Assembly (NCBI GenBank): GCA_002269645.1
Contig: NIVC01000463.1
Location: forward strand, 124,001-188,000
Source of the DNA: Macrostomum lignano
Lineage: Eukaryota
Direction: 5' to 3'
Length of the DNA: 64,000 nucleotides
The notes beneath the pieces were generated by a model that was given only the letters and a program-made list of their open reading frames with translations, was not told the origin of the DNA and made no database searches. This document shows positions 1 to 12,100 of the stretch, in pieces. The first letter of the stretch is position 1. Every line of letters starts with the position of its first letter. Made by a program: the position numbers and the translations under genes.

Positions 1-264
1 TCAGAAATTATCCCAGCCTCCCAGCAGGCCAAGTGCACTCAGCCAGGGACTGCTCAAATCCCCGGCTTTGCTCAGAAATTGCTGCTTTCTACAGCGGTTA
101 AAGCAGCAGAAAATGGAATTGCAGGATCAGCAGAAGAAGACGCGGAGCAGAAATGCAGAAATCAACTATTCAAAAAGCCTGGGCCTTGGCGACAGTCATC
201 TTAGCTTTCGTGGCACAGGCCCAGTTTGTACTTTTTCCCAGTCGCAATGTTGGAGGGGAAATGC

Positions 265-266
<2 letters not shown>

Positions 267-297
<31 letters not shown>
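267..297. repeat. (CA)n microsatellite
   Basis: Uninterrupted CA run read directly. Confidence 0.97.
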
Positions 298-299
<2 letters not shown>

Positions 300-609
300 G
301 CTTTTGTGAGAAACAGAGAAAGCCAGAATGACCGCTCAATATTTTATTGTAAAGGCACAATGAAACAAAAGAATTTAGTGCTAATTTTTGTTTAGTATGC
401 AGAATACACGGTAGCTAACTTTATTCAGAAATACCTGTGGCATTCTAAACTGCGGTGCTCAGCAAATAATAAATACGCTTCGCTGTTATGAGTGAGGCAG
501 AGGCAGAGGGTGGTCTCTTCAGGCTTAGCGTGTGTCAGTTTTGGGTATAGCAACTGGTTGTTAGGCTGGCTAAAGCACCTCAGTGCCAATATGGTTATGA
601 AAAGGCAGG

Positions 610-909
<300 letters not shown>

Positions 910-1542
910 CATGTAAACTGGATGGACGGATGGGTGAATGAATATAACGCATTGCGCAATATCATCCCTACACTAGTTACTCACTGAGCCAACTCACATA
1001 GTAGCCCATTGATATTGGCTGCAGAAATCTCGGTCCCCCAAAATTTGAAGCAGCCGATCTGCTTCCAGAGGCATTTGAAGCCGATTTTGAATAGGACAAC
1101 ACAGATCTTGAAAAGTGCATTAGCAGTCTAGCAGATGAAAAGATAGAGAGTCAGGTAAAGAAAATCAATGCTGGCTTAAGTCTAGCTAGATTCTGATTGG
1201 CTGTGGCCAGGCGTGGGGTGGTGGTTGGGGGGGGAATCTCGTCCCCCAGTGAAGCGCGGAGACTGCGGAGCTGAAAGTTGATTGGTTGCCAGCAGTTGCT
1301 TTAAACGACTGTCTGGACACGGGATGAGAAGGCAACGTTAACATTTTTCAGCAAAGTACCATTTCTACTTGTATACTCGTATACTTAAAAATAAGCATAA
1401 AAATGTGTCAAGCAAAAAATGGCTCGTGCAATTAACGGCTTTGAAGGCCAACCCCCAAGGCACAGTGAAGTGCACATGTCTAATGATAAATAGAGTTAGG
1501 GCCGCTGTACACTCCTGTGTGAGTGTGTGTGTGCGTAGGACT

Positions 1543-2255
1543 CAAGGACGACTTCAGTAGAAGGACGTGAAACCTTGTTTCTTGGAAATTTTTTGAAGGC
1601 CGGCTTTTCCGATAAAATACTGGTACACTACGGAGATAGGAAGTTTTAATTTTTCAGCACAAAAATTGTTATTGCTTTTGATTGGAGGCAGATCCAGTGT
1701 TCATCTTTTAATATTTTGTGCCTTTTTTATTGCTCTATCGATATATATAAAGCTTTTTGTTCAAACAATTACGATTCTATGTTAATTTTCATTTTACGTA
1801 CACTTGCACGTGCCTGTGCCTAAAAGCCATTAAAATAACACGGCTCAGCTTTTTGGTTTTATGAGTCTTTTTATCATTCTTAGCTGACTGCAACAGAGAT
1901 GATAAAATAGATTCATAGAACCAAAGATTGGAGCTGTGCCATGCGTTTTATGATTGTTAGGTACAGGAAATGTACGTAGAATAAAAAATTGCAATCCTAA
2001 TTCCTAATCCTAATCCTGAATCCTAATTCTTTGTACAAAAAGCTTTATGAATAGCTCGTATCGATAGAGCAATAAAAAAGGCACAAAATATTAAAAGATG
2101 AACACTGGATCTGCCTCCTATCAAAAGCAATAACAATTTTATTGCTGAAAAAAATGAAAACTTCCTATCTCCTTAGTGTATTTTTTCGGAAAAGCCAGCC
2201 TTTAAAATTTTTCCAAGAAACGAGGTTTCCTGTCCTTCTACTTAAGTCGTCCTTG
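1543..2255. mobile_element. Foldback/MITE-like non-autonomous DNA transposon with about 230-bp terminal inverted repeats
   Basis: Left arm CAAGGACGACTTCAGTAGAAGGAC...GCTCTATCGAT (1543 to ~1776) is the diverged reverse complement of ~2020-2255 (ATCGATAGAGC...GTCCTTCTACTTAAGTCGTCCTTG); TA lies just outside the right end; no ORF. Confidence 0.8.
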
Positions 2256-4135
2256 GTATGACTGCGTACGTATCCGCGCGCTTGTGTGCCTGCTCAAGGG
2301 AGTCGGCGGAATGGGCAGTAATGCATCAAAATCTCAATTTGCATTTTCCTTGATTTCTTGTTTATTAACGATGAAACGACAGCAATGGCAGACAAAAGTA
2401 GCATTATGTTTGTATTACCATCGCAGTTAGAGAGGGGAAACAGAATGAATATAAATAGCTGAACAGCAACAAAGTTTTTGTTTACCTGATAATTTCTAGT
2501 CGCGCTCGGCTGCAACTGTATAAAGGCGCTCTGTGCGTTCATTTTGTCGGCATGGCAACGGATTAAACACAATTTTTTTTCGGGACAGTGTAAACTTCAG
2601 CCTGGCTGTATAGTATATGGTCACCATTCTGTGTTGGGAAATTTACGAGCACGAGAAAGAGAGGGGATGAGTGCTGTGGCGCACCAGATCCAATCAATGC
2701 TGCTGGCTTCCCCGGTGCACGGAGGGGCAGAAGGGAGAAAGAAGCGCGCAGCCTCTCAGCAGTTGGGTCACTTCTGAAAATTGTCTCCATCTACCATTGT
2801 AGCCTATAAACTGCTTGCTAATCTAAGAGAGGGGGAAGGAAGGAAGCTGCTAACAGTGCGCTCTCGTTGTCCAGCAGCTTATGTAAAAAATCCTAAAAGA
2901 TGGAGCACTAAACGCAACCATGTATGCAGAATGGCTTTCACAGGAGAAAGTCTAGAAAGGATTTTTAACTATAGCTAATCCAGTTCCAGCTGGTCCCTGA
3001 ACTAATCCTTTAAAATGTTTCCTTTAACTACTTTGTACTTTGAATTATGCTCGAGAAAAATACACTTAGGTTGCATAGGATGCGCGCATATTTAAATATA
3101 GATAAATAAACAGCCAGACAGACTGCTCGCTTACATTTAGCTACTACGTAGATATAATTTTCAGCATTTTCTATAATATAAACCGTTTTAAAGGCTGCCC
3201 GGGATTTCAAAGTTCAACTCGCTGCGGCACAAATATCCCCATGCTTAAATTCTCCCCCCCCCTGCTTCTGGCTCCGAAAACGTCTTCTTCACTATCCGGA
3301 GCTGTCAATCTTTAGTAATTGCTTCGTTTTAGTTTTTTATGCGCTAAACTTTATACTAACTATATGCTAGTAAAAGATGGCAATAGATAACTTTGTCGAG
3401 CATTCAAATTATCTAAATGTGTAACACGCAGCGCAGGACCCGTGCAAAAAAAGCCAGCCGCCCGAGTTGCAGCCCGAAATAGTTGTTGGGCTCGGGCTCG
3501 CCCTGCACAAATGCCAGATCGTGCGCAGGGAATGCACTGTGCAATTTGTTGTTGAATTCTAGCGTCTGCAGCCGGAACTTTCAATGACTGACGTTTCGGG
3601 CATTCTTCGTACAATGGAGCCGAGCGAATGTCAAAAAGGGTCAGAAAGGCTGCATGGCGCATGCGGTTGGCAACCCGCTGCCTGCATGTGCGGAGATCGT
3701 GATTGTACCCCACCACAACACGGATGTTGCATTTTAATCCGGCTGTAAGGTCGCCTGTCTGTTTGTAAGGGCTATTTTCACATCTTTAAAGCTGCAGTCT
3801 CTTGCCATTAGTTAGAAAGAGAATAGAAACAGAGCCTTAGCTATTTGAGTTAAAATATTTCCAATTAGTTAAATGGATTTAATACTTTAATCATTGAAAA
3901 ACATAATCCGCTTGCGACAGAGTAAGTTACAATAATAATCAACTATGGGTCTTGTGCCGCTCTAAAATGCATTCAAGTGTTTATCAGTAGTAAGCAGTAC
4001 GACCAATTTTACTTTTAGTTGGATTTTTTCTAAAAATAGAAGTTGATAAATTTTTGAAAAAACGGTGTAGAAGCAGGGAATGGAGGTAAGATGCATTTTG
4101 TATAAACTGAAGAACTGTAATCAGCCTGTCTGAAA

Positions 4136-4840
4136 GGAGACCAGGAGACAGGGGCGCCCACCAGGAGACAGGGGCACCCACCAATAGACAGGGGCACCTA
4201 CCAATAGACAGGGGCACCCACCAATAGACAGGGGCACCCACCAATAGACAGGGGCACCCACCAATAGACAGGGGCACCCACCAATAGACAGGGGCACCCA
4301 CCAAGAGACAGGGGCACCCACTAATTGGGGCACCCACCGATAGACAGGGGCGCCAACCAAGAGGCAGGGGCGCCAACCAAGAGACAGGGGCACCTACCAA
4401 TAGACAGGGGCACCCACCAAGAGACAGGGGCACCCACCAATAGACAGGGGCACCCACCAATAGACAGGGGGCACCCACCGATAGACAGGGGCGCCAACCA
4501 AGAGGCGGGGGCACCCACCAAGACAGGGTTACCCACCAATAGACAGGGACGCCAACCAAGAGGCAGGGGCGCCAACCAAGAGGCAGGGGCGCCAACCAAG
4601 AGGCAGGGGCGCCAATCAAGAGGCAGGGGCGCCAACCAAGAGGCAGGGGCGCCAACCAAGAGGCAGGGGCGCCAACCAAGAGGCAGGGGCGCCAACCAAG
4701 AGGCAGGGGCGCCAACCAAGAGGCAGGGGCGCCAACCAAGAGGCAGGGGCGCCAACCAATAGACAGGGGCGCCAACCAAGAGGCAGGGGCGCCAACCTAG
4801 AGGCAGGGGCGCCAACCAAGAGGCAGGGGCGCCAACCAAG
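4136..4840. repeat. 20-bp minisatellite (CCACCAATAGACAGGGGCAC grading into GCCAACCAAGAGGCAGGGGC)
   Basis: About 35 tandem units read directly; explains the repetitive ORFs 3984-4983. Confidence 0.95.
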
Positions 4841-5484
4841 ACACCAAATATTGGCGCCCCTTCAGAGTTGCGACCCTCTACAATTAGAATTCCTGCGCAA
4901 GCCCCTGTTTTGGGGAGGAATTGCTGCTCCAGGTTTTGGTCTTTGGACCTCCCGTGTCCTTTAGAATATCTTTCAAAGGTCACGTCGACCAGTCAGATTT
5001 ATAGATAGGCAGATGCTTTTAAAAGCCGTGAGCATAAATGTTTATAAAATTTTTGTAGGAAAAAGGGTAAAAAACTAAAAATAGCAGAAAGGGTATTGGG
5101 AATTCGATACAATCAAAACCAACCCCTACAGGTAGAGGGTGCATAGTATATTAGGTACTATATAAATGTCAACTGGAACAGCTGTCGGATTCCGCGAATA
5201 AACGCTTCTTTAGGCCTCTTCACTAAATTTCGTTATTTAAACCAACAAACATTGGCGAAAACTTGGAAAGGTAAACGTTTGACATTTTTTACTGCAGCAG
5301 GAGAAACACGGATTTAAAGTGGGAGGGGGGTCGACGTTGATTTGAAAAAAATTTTGGATACAATTTTTGTTTCGCACCTAATAAAGGAAATAAAGGAATT
5401 TATAGAATATTCTTTATATAGAATATAAAGGAATATATAAAGAGAAATAAATAAAGGAAAGATTAGTCGGCAAATGATCAGTGT

Positions 5485-5992
5485 CGAGACAGTTCACTGC
5501 CGAGGCTGTTTACTGCCGAGACAGGTCACTGCCGAGACCGAGACACGTCACTGACGAGACAGGTCACTACCGAGACAGGTCAATGCCGAGACAGGTCACT
5601 GCTGAGACAGGTCACTGCCGAGACAGGTCACTGCCGAGACACGTCACTGACGAGACAGGTCACTACCGAGACAGGTCAATGCCGAGACAGGTCACTGCCG
5701 AGACAGGTCAATGCCGAGACTGGTCACTGCCGAGACAGGTCAATGCTGAGACAGGTCACTGCCGAGACAGGTCAATGCCGAGACAGGTCACTACCGAGAT
5801 AGGTCAACTGCCGAGACAGGTCACTACCGAGACAGGTCAATGCCGAGACAGGTCACTGCCGAGACAGGTCACTGCCGAGACAGGTCACTACCGAGACAGG
5901 TCACTACCGAGATAGGTCAACTGCCGAGACAGGTCACTGCCGAGACAGGTCACTGACGAGACAGGTCACTACCGAGACAGGTCACTGCCGAG
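5485..5992. repeat. 16-bp minisatellite (GAGACAGGTCACTGCC)
   Basis: About 31 tandem units; explains ORF 5481-5915. Confidence 0.95.
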
Positions 5993-6689
5993 AGAATTCA
6001 CAAGCCATTTTTTAAATCGTAATACTTTGCAGCTCGTATTGTGTAACTTTCTACTTTGTACTCGCATGTTCAACTACTTGAAGTAGGCGAGTGATATTAT
6101 ACTACTTGGAATCGAGTTCTTCAATGTTCGAAAGCTCAACCCAAGTCCCCACAGCGCTTTCAAAACTAACAGACACGCGCAGACAAGAGCAAAATAGAGA
6201 AACAGTCTGGAAAACTAGAGACGGCGATAAAATGCGATGATAAGAGACTCTCTTTCTGGCTCTCTGCCTCTATTTTAATTGTCGCCCTACGGCACACCCA
6301 AAGAACACTTTAAAAAAATTCTCGAACAGACAGAGAGTAGAGCGACTGAGCAGCGATATAACGACAGACTCAGAGGAGGACGGTCCGGTTGTCAAGGTAA
6401 AAAAAAAGCTGCAGCAAGTTTTCATTCGTCAGCAAATGCAACGATAGCGAAACAGAAAAAGAAGAGCGATACGAAAAGCAAACGGGACTCTTCGTGCACT
6501 GCAGAGATGCCGATTGGCTGTTGCAACAACTGGGTGAGAAGGCTGCTCGCGCCCGTCCCTTCGTTTACCTGTAAAAAACTCCGGAGAACCTGGAGCAGCA
6601 GGCCGGCATTAAAGCGTCTCAGGAGAGCGCGAGCAACAACCTGCAGAAAGCCAAGAAAATTTTCAAATCAGTAAAAAGTTGGCACGAAA

Positions 6690-7096
6690 ATGTCCAGGAA
6701 CTATCCAGCGGACATTGCGGCTCAGAAGAGCCTGGAGGAGCGCTACACTAAAGAGACGGACAGCCAGCTGCACTGGTACATGAAGAAGAAAGCCGAACGG
6801 GAACGATTGGCCGCTGAGCAAGGCGGCCAGCCTGTCGAGCACAAGAGCCGCCAGATGGAGGTGTTCAGAAAGAAGCTCGAGATGGCGCCAACCATGACAG
6901 AGGAGCTGCGCGAACAGGTGGACAAGTTCAAGTCGCAGAAGCATTTGAAGCCCAAGCGAGACGAGAACCAAGAGGTCCTGGACGCTATCGACCGACTGCA
7001 GGGCGACAGTCAAGAGCTGTGCGTGGAGATGCGGCCGATTTCGCCGAAGACTAAGCAGCTGCTTTACGAAGGATTCAGCCGTGAAGGAAAGGGCAG
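6690..7096 (+). CDS. ATP6V1FNB: ATP6V1FNB/SPMIP1-like microtubule inner protein, exon 1 of 2
   Basis: ATG at 6690, GC3-rich ORF ending EMRPISPKTKQLLYEGFSREGKG, resembling the family motif EMYPV...LLYEGISHDFQGR; donor AG/GTAAGA at 7097 (phase 2). Confidence 0.75.
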
Positions 7097-7165
7097 GTAA
7101 GACCCCGTAGAGGCACGAAGATTTACCTGTTATCAGACCTTACTGACCAATTAACAACCCAACAG

Positions 7166-7397
7166 GAGACAGTACCTGAAGCAGCGCACAGACAAGGCTC
7201 CGGAGGACAAGTTCCAGTTCCCCATCGTGTCCTCCTGGGAGTACGGCTGGAAGCTGGGCGACGTGATCAAGATCGAGGACATCAAGAAGCCGCCGTTTGG
7301 TCGGACGCGTCTTATTAATGACACGTTCTACACAAGAACGGGCGTGCCCAGCAAGCAAGGCGAGGGTACGATGAGCCGATCCAAGACCGTTTTCTAA
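7166..7397 (+). CDS. ATP6V1FNB: ATP6V1FNB/SPMIP1-like, exon 2 of 2 (about 212 aa total)
   Basis: 69-bp intron with branch-like TACTGAC and AACAG acceptor; exon reads RQYLKQRTDKAPEDKFQFPIVSSWEYGWKLG...KTVF*, matching the family motif RY.FPITTSFTYGWQLG; spliced length 639 nt, in frame. Confidence 0.75.
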
Positions 7398-9873
7398 CCT
7401 GGCTTGGCTAGCATCAAGCCAATTGACCATGATCAAGTGTCTCCAACTGCTATAAGATATATTAACTTGCCTGTATTCAAAAGTAATCAAATTTAACTTA
7501 AATAAGCAATCCTAATTTTAAACGATAACACGTAAACAGTTTAGAATAGATTTGCGCAAATGGAATATCCGCTTACTGTTTGTGCTTATTGCTGCTGTTT
7601 TGCTGCTTTTAGTTCTGATTTCGCTTGCATTCCGGTTGGTTTCGCTTAGTTTGTTCAATTTTTTGTCTCTCTACAACCTCTTGATCACCCGATTTGTCAC
7701 CCCGAAGAAAACTTCCGTCCAATTTTTCCAGCTTGTTTAAAGTTTAGCAAAAGCAAGTTTCTTTTCGAAACAACCAAAAACTCTGCTAACTCTGACCAGG
7801 GCTGTGAAAATGTAAATAGTTGTAACTTTTCTTAGTATTTCGCTTGTGTCACAACTAAAATGCTATCTAACTGATAACAAGCAGAGCGATTCTGTGATAA
7901 GTGACATCTGTAGATCTGTTTCTGTATACTCGTACTCAAATTATTTAATTGGGATCAGTTTCTACCTGACTTGGCGACCAGCAAAGTTTATATAAAAGGT
8001 CATTGCCGACCGTAAACTCAATGCTATAGCCTAATGTACTCTACTTTCTATACTGGTAATTCGTCTCTCACCACAGTGGCCTATTTTTCTGTAAATTCTT
8101 TTAAATGCGACAACGCTTTTCTTAATGTACAAGTGTCTATCATATGCTTATTTGATCAAATTTAGTTACTTATATTTCGTACATTTAGCTATTCTATACT
8201 AGCATTGGCTACTTTTAATTAAAATCAGTTTAGTGACGCGTGTTGTCATCGGTCAGTAAAAATAAAGCAGACTTTCTTGCAGGCTAATTTTACTAAAAGC
8301 TTCTCAGCCAGCAAAAATACAAGCAGAACGCGTGTTATAATTGCTCCTAATATTGTTTCTTAACTTTTCTAACCTACCTTTCAGGACATCCGCATTGCAA
8401 ATAAAAGTTACGTGTACTGTCCGAGGTGCACTCAAGTCAAAGTTAAACTACTTTTTATGAAATGCTACCGACTGCAGACCGACAATTAAGCGAAGAAGAA
8501 CTAAACAAAAAATCTAATGTTTTGAGATTTTTGAGTGTAGCATCCCATCTTAGTTGTCCAGCTGTCTATGGCCGAAAGCCCATTGACTCAGTGAGAAGAG
8601 TTAGCGGGGGACGGGCACGAAGCGCCGGGACTGTCTGTGGTAAATCCTTACTAGTCATGCACAAGGACAACTTAATCACTCAGGATGGGAGTCTCACAAT
8701 AATTAAGTGATTTCAAGTTGTCCTTGGCCATGCATCTCGTAAATGCACATGCAACTGCAACACGTCACACGATAGCTTTTTGCAGTCAGTGTGAGCTTAG
8801 GAGCAGTTAACTTCTGCCACTCTGGATTAAGTCATGAATAAGGGCTGCTCGGTCGGAAAGCCGTTGTCGAAAATCTTACGACTATGGAAGACTGTCGCAT
8901 GAAAAAACTTGATACTGCTACAATGCTGCCCAATTAGGATGAAGAGTGAAACTCTAATGACACTTTCTTGTCAATCCCTCCCTCCCCCAATTAATGAGGT
9001 CAAGTTAAATGATCAAGGATGTTGAAATTTTCAGCGCTATAGCTAAATCACTTTTAAACAGTACTTCGAATTCCTAATTGACTGACAAGCAAAGCTGTGT
9101 GTACAGTAGCACTAAAGATTAAAGAATCACGGACTGAAGCAATTAAAAATCGTTGGAAAAAGTCTCCATTGCCTGATTATTAGCTTCGCAAGAATTGATA
9201 ATGTAAACAGCCTCACAGACCAGACCAAACTAATATGCCTTTCGACTCTCTAAATTGCACATTTATTCAAGTCTAACCAACTTAAGCCACGAGAGAATGC
9301 GCGGCGCAGGACAACAACAAGTCTATACGAGTCGTATACGAGTCTCAAACACTCACAAGGTAAGACTGTAAACTCTCCTATTTACTGTTGAAAAGATGGC
9401 AGGCGCTAATACGCACACAACCCAGCCTTACCTGCAATTCTAGTTTTCGGTTGCCAAGGCTCTCAACGCCCAACCCTCCAGACTCCCTTGAGTGAGCGAG
9501 AGAGCTTGAGCTGCAGTAATGGATAAAAAATACAATTATAATGTGCATCATTGCGTATTTGTGCAAGACTCAATGAAGGTAAGAAAAGATAACTTCTGCA
9601 TCGTAGATTCTTACACTTTATCATGCGAAGCTTCTTAGAATGGGCATACATGAACATAGCGACAACCACCCGGGTCCACTCTAAACTGTTACTATAACGC
9701 TTGATGATGTGAATAAACGGCTGCTAAAAACAGGTTTTCAACTTTTGTTAAAGTAAACTACGAGCGTAATGTCTCAAGGTGATTCACTGAGACAATTAAC
9801 TAGGCTACCCAATGGCTCATCCTGGGGGACGGGGGTAAAGGTCAGCTGACCTCCCAAAAAATTCTAGATCTTC

Positions 9874-10262
9874 GCCCAGCAACTAAAGATCTGGAAGGCT
9901 GGCCCAAATGCTGAGGATCCGAGAGGCTGGCCCAGGAACTGACACTCTGGGAGGCTGGCCCAGCAGCTGAGGATTTGGGAGGCCGGCCTAGCAACTGACA
10001 TTCTGGGAGGCTGGCCCAGCAACTGAGGATCTGGGAAGCCGGCCTAGCAACTGACATTCTGGGAGGCTGGCCCAGCAGCTGAGGATCTGGGAGGCCGGCC
10101 CAGCAACTGACAATCTGGGAGGCTGGCCCAGCAGCTGAGGATCTGGGAGGCTGGCCCAGCAGTTGAGGATCTGGGAGGCCGGCCCAGCAACTGACAATCT
10201 GGGAGGCTGGTCCAGCAACTGACATTCTGGGAGGCTGGTCCAGCAACTGAGGACCTGGGAGG
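9874..10262. repeat. 28-bp minisatellite family A, array 1 (GGCTGGCCCAGCAACTGAGGATCTGGGA)
   Basis: About 14 tandem units read directly. Confidence 0.93.
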
Positions 10263-10871
10263 GTTACGGTTCTTTAAGCCACTTAATCAGGATAAACACA
10301 TAAAAACGTCAAAATTCTCATAACAGCTTAAACGCATAAGACTAGCAGGTGGATTACAAGGTACAGGTTAGAAAAACTCATGGTATTGTCAAGTGACAAA
10401 GGTAATGCGTAAAAAAATGACACTTACAAGTGTATCACATAGTGATCGCCTCAAGGGGAGCTGCTTCCTCGCATACCTCAGGATTGCCCTACCCTCAAGC
10501 GATCACACTTCATCGACTTTTTTTAAGAAATACCTTTTAAGATTTTAAGAAATCGCCTTACTTTGCATGGAGCCAATGTGTGAATTTGTGAATTTGCTCA
10601 CTCTCACACTGAAGACTGAGCTAAAATCAAGCCTAAGGGCCTGTTTGCAAACAGCCTATGGTATTGAGACGTTGGAAATAAAATTTGCAAGGATGGAGCA
10701 GTCTTTGATTGCTTAACGTGCATAAAATGCAGATAAGCTTTACCCTCCCCCCCACCTAGCTCGCCTCAGCCTTGAACCTTGAACATGAAGCGAATTTTCA
10801 CGTAGGCCTTACTGAATCTCCTCCCTCTACCTACAGCCGCTGCAGGCCAGCTCTGAGTTAATCTGCTGCGC

Positions 10872-11125
10872 TCAAATTCCAATTTTTAGGTCAAACACGA
10901 ACTCAAACAAGCTGCGCGCTTGTAATTCTAACTCTTCTCTCTCCAGCTGTGGCATCAGATGCGGAACAGGCGGTCATATCGGATTTGATGCCGTGCCAAG
11001 GTCTTAGCAACAATCTTAGCGGATGGCGACTAGGAGAGATATAACTTCTAATACCTGATGAATCATACGACCGAGATAACATGGTCTAAGCTTTACTTTA
11101 AGGAATTCCTCTGGAACAACGCTTT
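10872..11125 (-). CDS. Candidate last two exons (11125-11055, 10946-10872) of an unidentified gene
   Basis: TCTTAG acceptor, CAG/GTATTA donor, 108-bp intron, CACAG acceptor; reads ESVVPEEFLKVKLRPCYLGRMIHQ-LEREELELQARSLFEFVFDLKIGI*. No family recognised. Confidence 0.3.
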
Positions 11126-11158
11126 CTAAGATATATTGAATAGAAAAGTGGCGTTGCT

Positions 11159-11489
11159 CCAGCAAATGAGGATCTGTGAGGCTGGCCCAGCAACTGAGGA
11201 TCTGTGAGGCTGGCCCAGCAACTGAGGATCTGGAAGGCTGGTCCAGCAACTGGCACTCTGGGAGGTTGGCCCAGCAACTGACACTCTGGGAGGCTGGCCC
11301 AGCAACTGAGGATCTGGGAGGCTGGCCCAGCAACTGAGGATCTGTGAGGCTGGCCCAGCAACTGAGGATCTGGAAGGCTGGTCCAGCAACTGGCACTCTG
11401 GGAGGTTGGCCCAGCAACTGACACTCTGGGAGGCTGGCCCAGCAACTGAGGATCTGGGAGGCTGGCCCAGCAACTGAGGATATGGGAGG
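11159..11489. repeat. 28-bp minisatellite family A, array 2
   Basis: About 12 units, same consensus and orientation as array 1, with an internal duplication of roughly 140 bp. Confidence 0.93.
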
Positions 11490-12100
11490 GTGAGGTTGGC
11501 TCAGGTAACTACCTCGTACTTAAGAAGACGTACAGAAGTGGTGCAAAAATATATATTAATTTAGAATATATACTTTAAATATAGCAGTAAAATGTATAAT
11601 AATATTTTGAGATTGTAGAAACAAGTACTGCACCCGCATATCAAATGAATGTTTTCTTTGGTACAGTGAGGATACAGCGTCTTAATCCATACAGTTATAC
11701 TTCTCTCTCCCCTTATGGCCCTCTTGGCAACTATAATTTGCAATATGGGCGCAAGAATCGCAGACCAGAGCAAAAACGTCTCTCCGCGGCCACAAATGAG
11801 CATACGGCTTGGTTCCCCAGGAAACTTTGCTCTTCAAAGAAGCCTCATCCGAAATCTTAATTCGACTCTCAGCTAAGACTTAAGCAAAGCTATAACCAAT
11901 GCCGTTTGAGCAACGAACACGATAGCAGTATAACTCAAGGTTGAAGCTCAGCCAAGCCTTGGGGAGAGAGATTTGCTTTTCCAGAGCCGATAAACGGGTC
12001 ACTCTTCGAGCCAGTATTTGCTGAGTACACATAAATGGTGCCTGCTCTCCATGTACATCTTGGACATGTACAATGTAGTATTTAGTAGGAACAGGACATA

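Noticed and set aside
1-395. Open frames at the window start, including a signal-peptide-like MQKSTIQKAWALATVILAFVAQA
   Set aside because: Several frames on both strands look equally plausible, none has a recognisable motif, and they run into a CA repeat at the window edge.
3360-3716. 118-aa minus-strand ORF
   Set aside because: No recognisable domain or convincing splice context.
3984-5915. ORFs of 145-263 aa with repetitive peptides
   Set aside because: Produced by the 20-bp and 16-bp arrays; no coding signature outside the repeats.
6511-6530. Possible RFX X-box (GTTGCAACAAC) upstream of the ciliary gene
   Set aside because: Does not fit the GTNRCC(N0-3)RGYAAC consensus well enough.
8630-8650. 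CTGTCTGTGGT(A/G)AATCCT motif shared with about 52328; considered as a ribozyme or SINE fragment
   Set aside because: The match is too short and I could not build a hammerhead, twister or HDV core from it.
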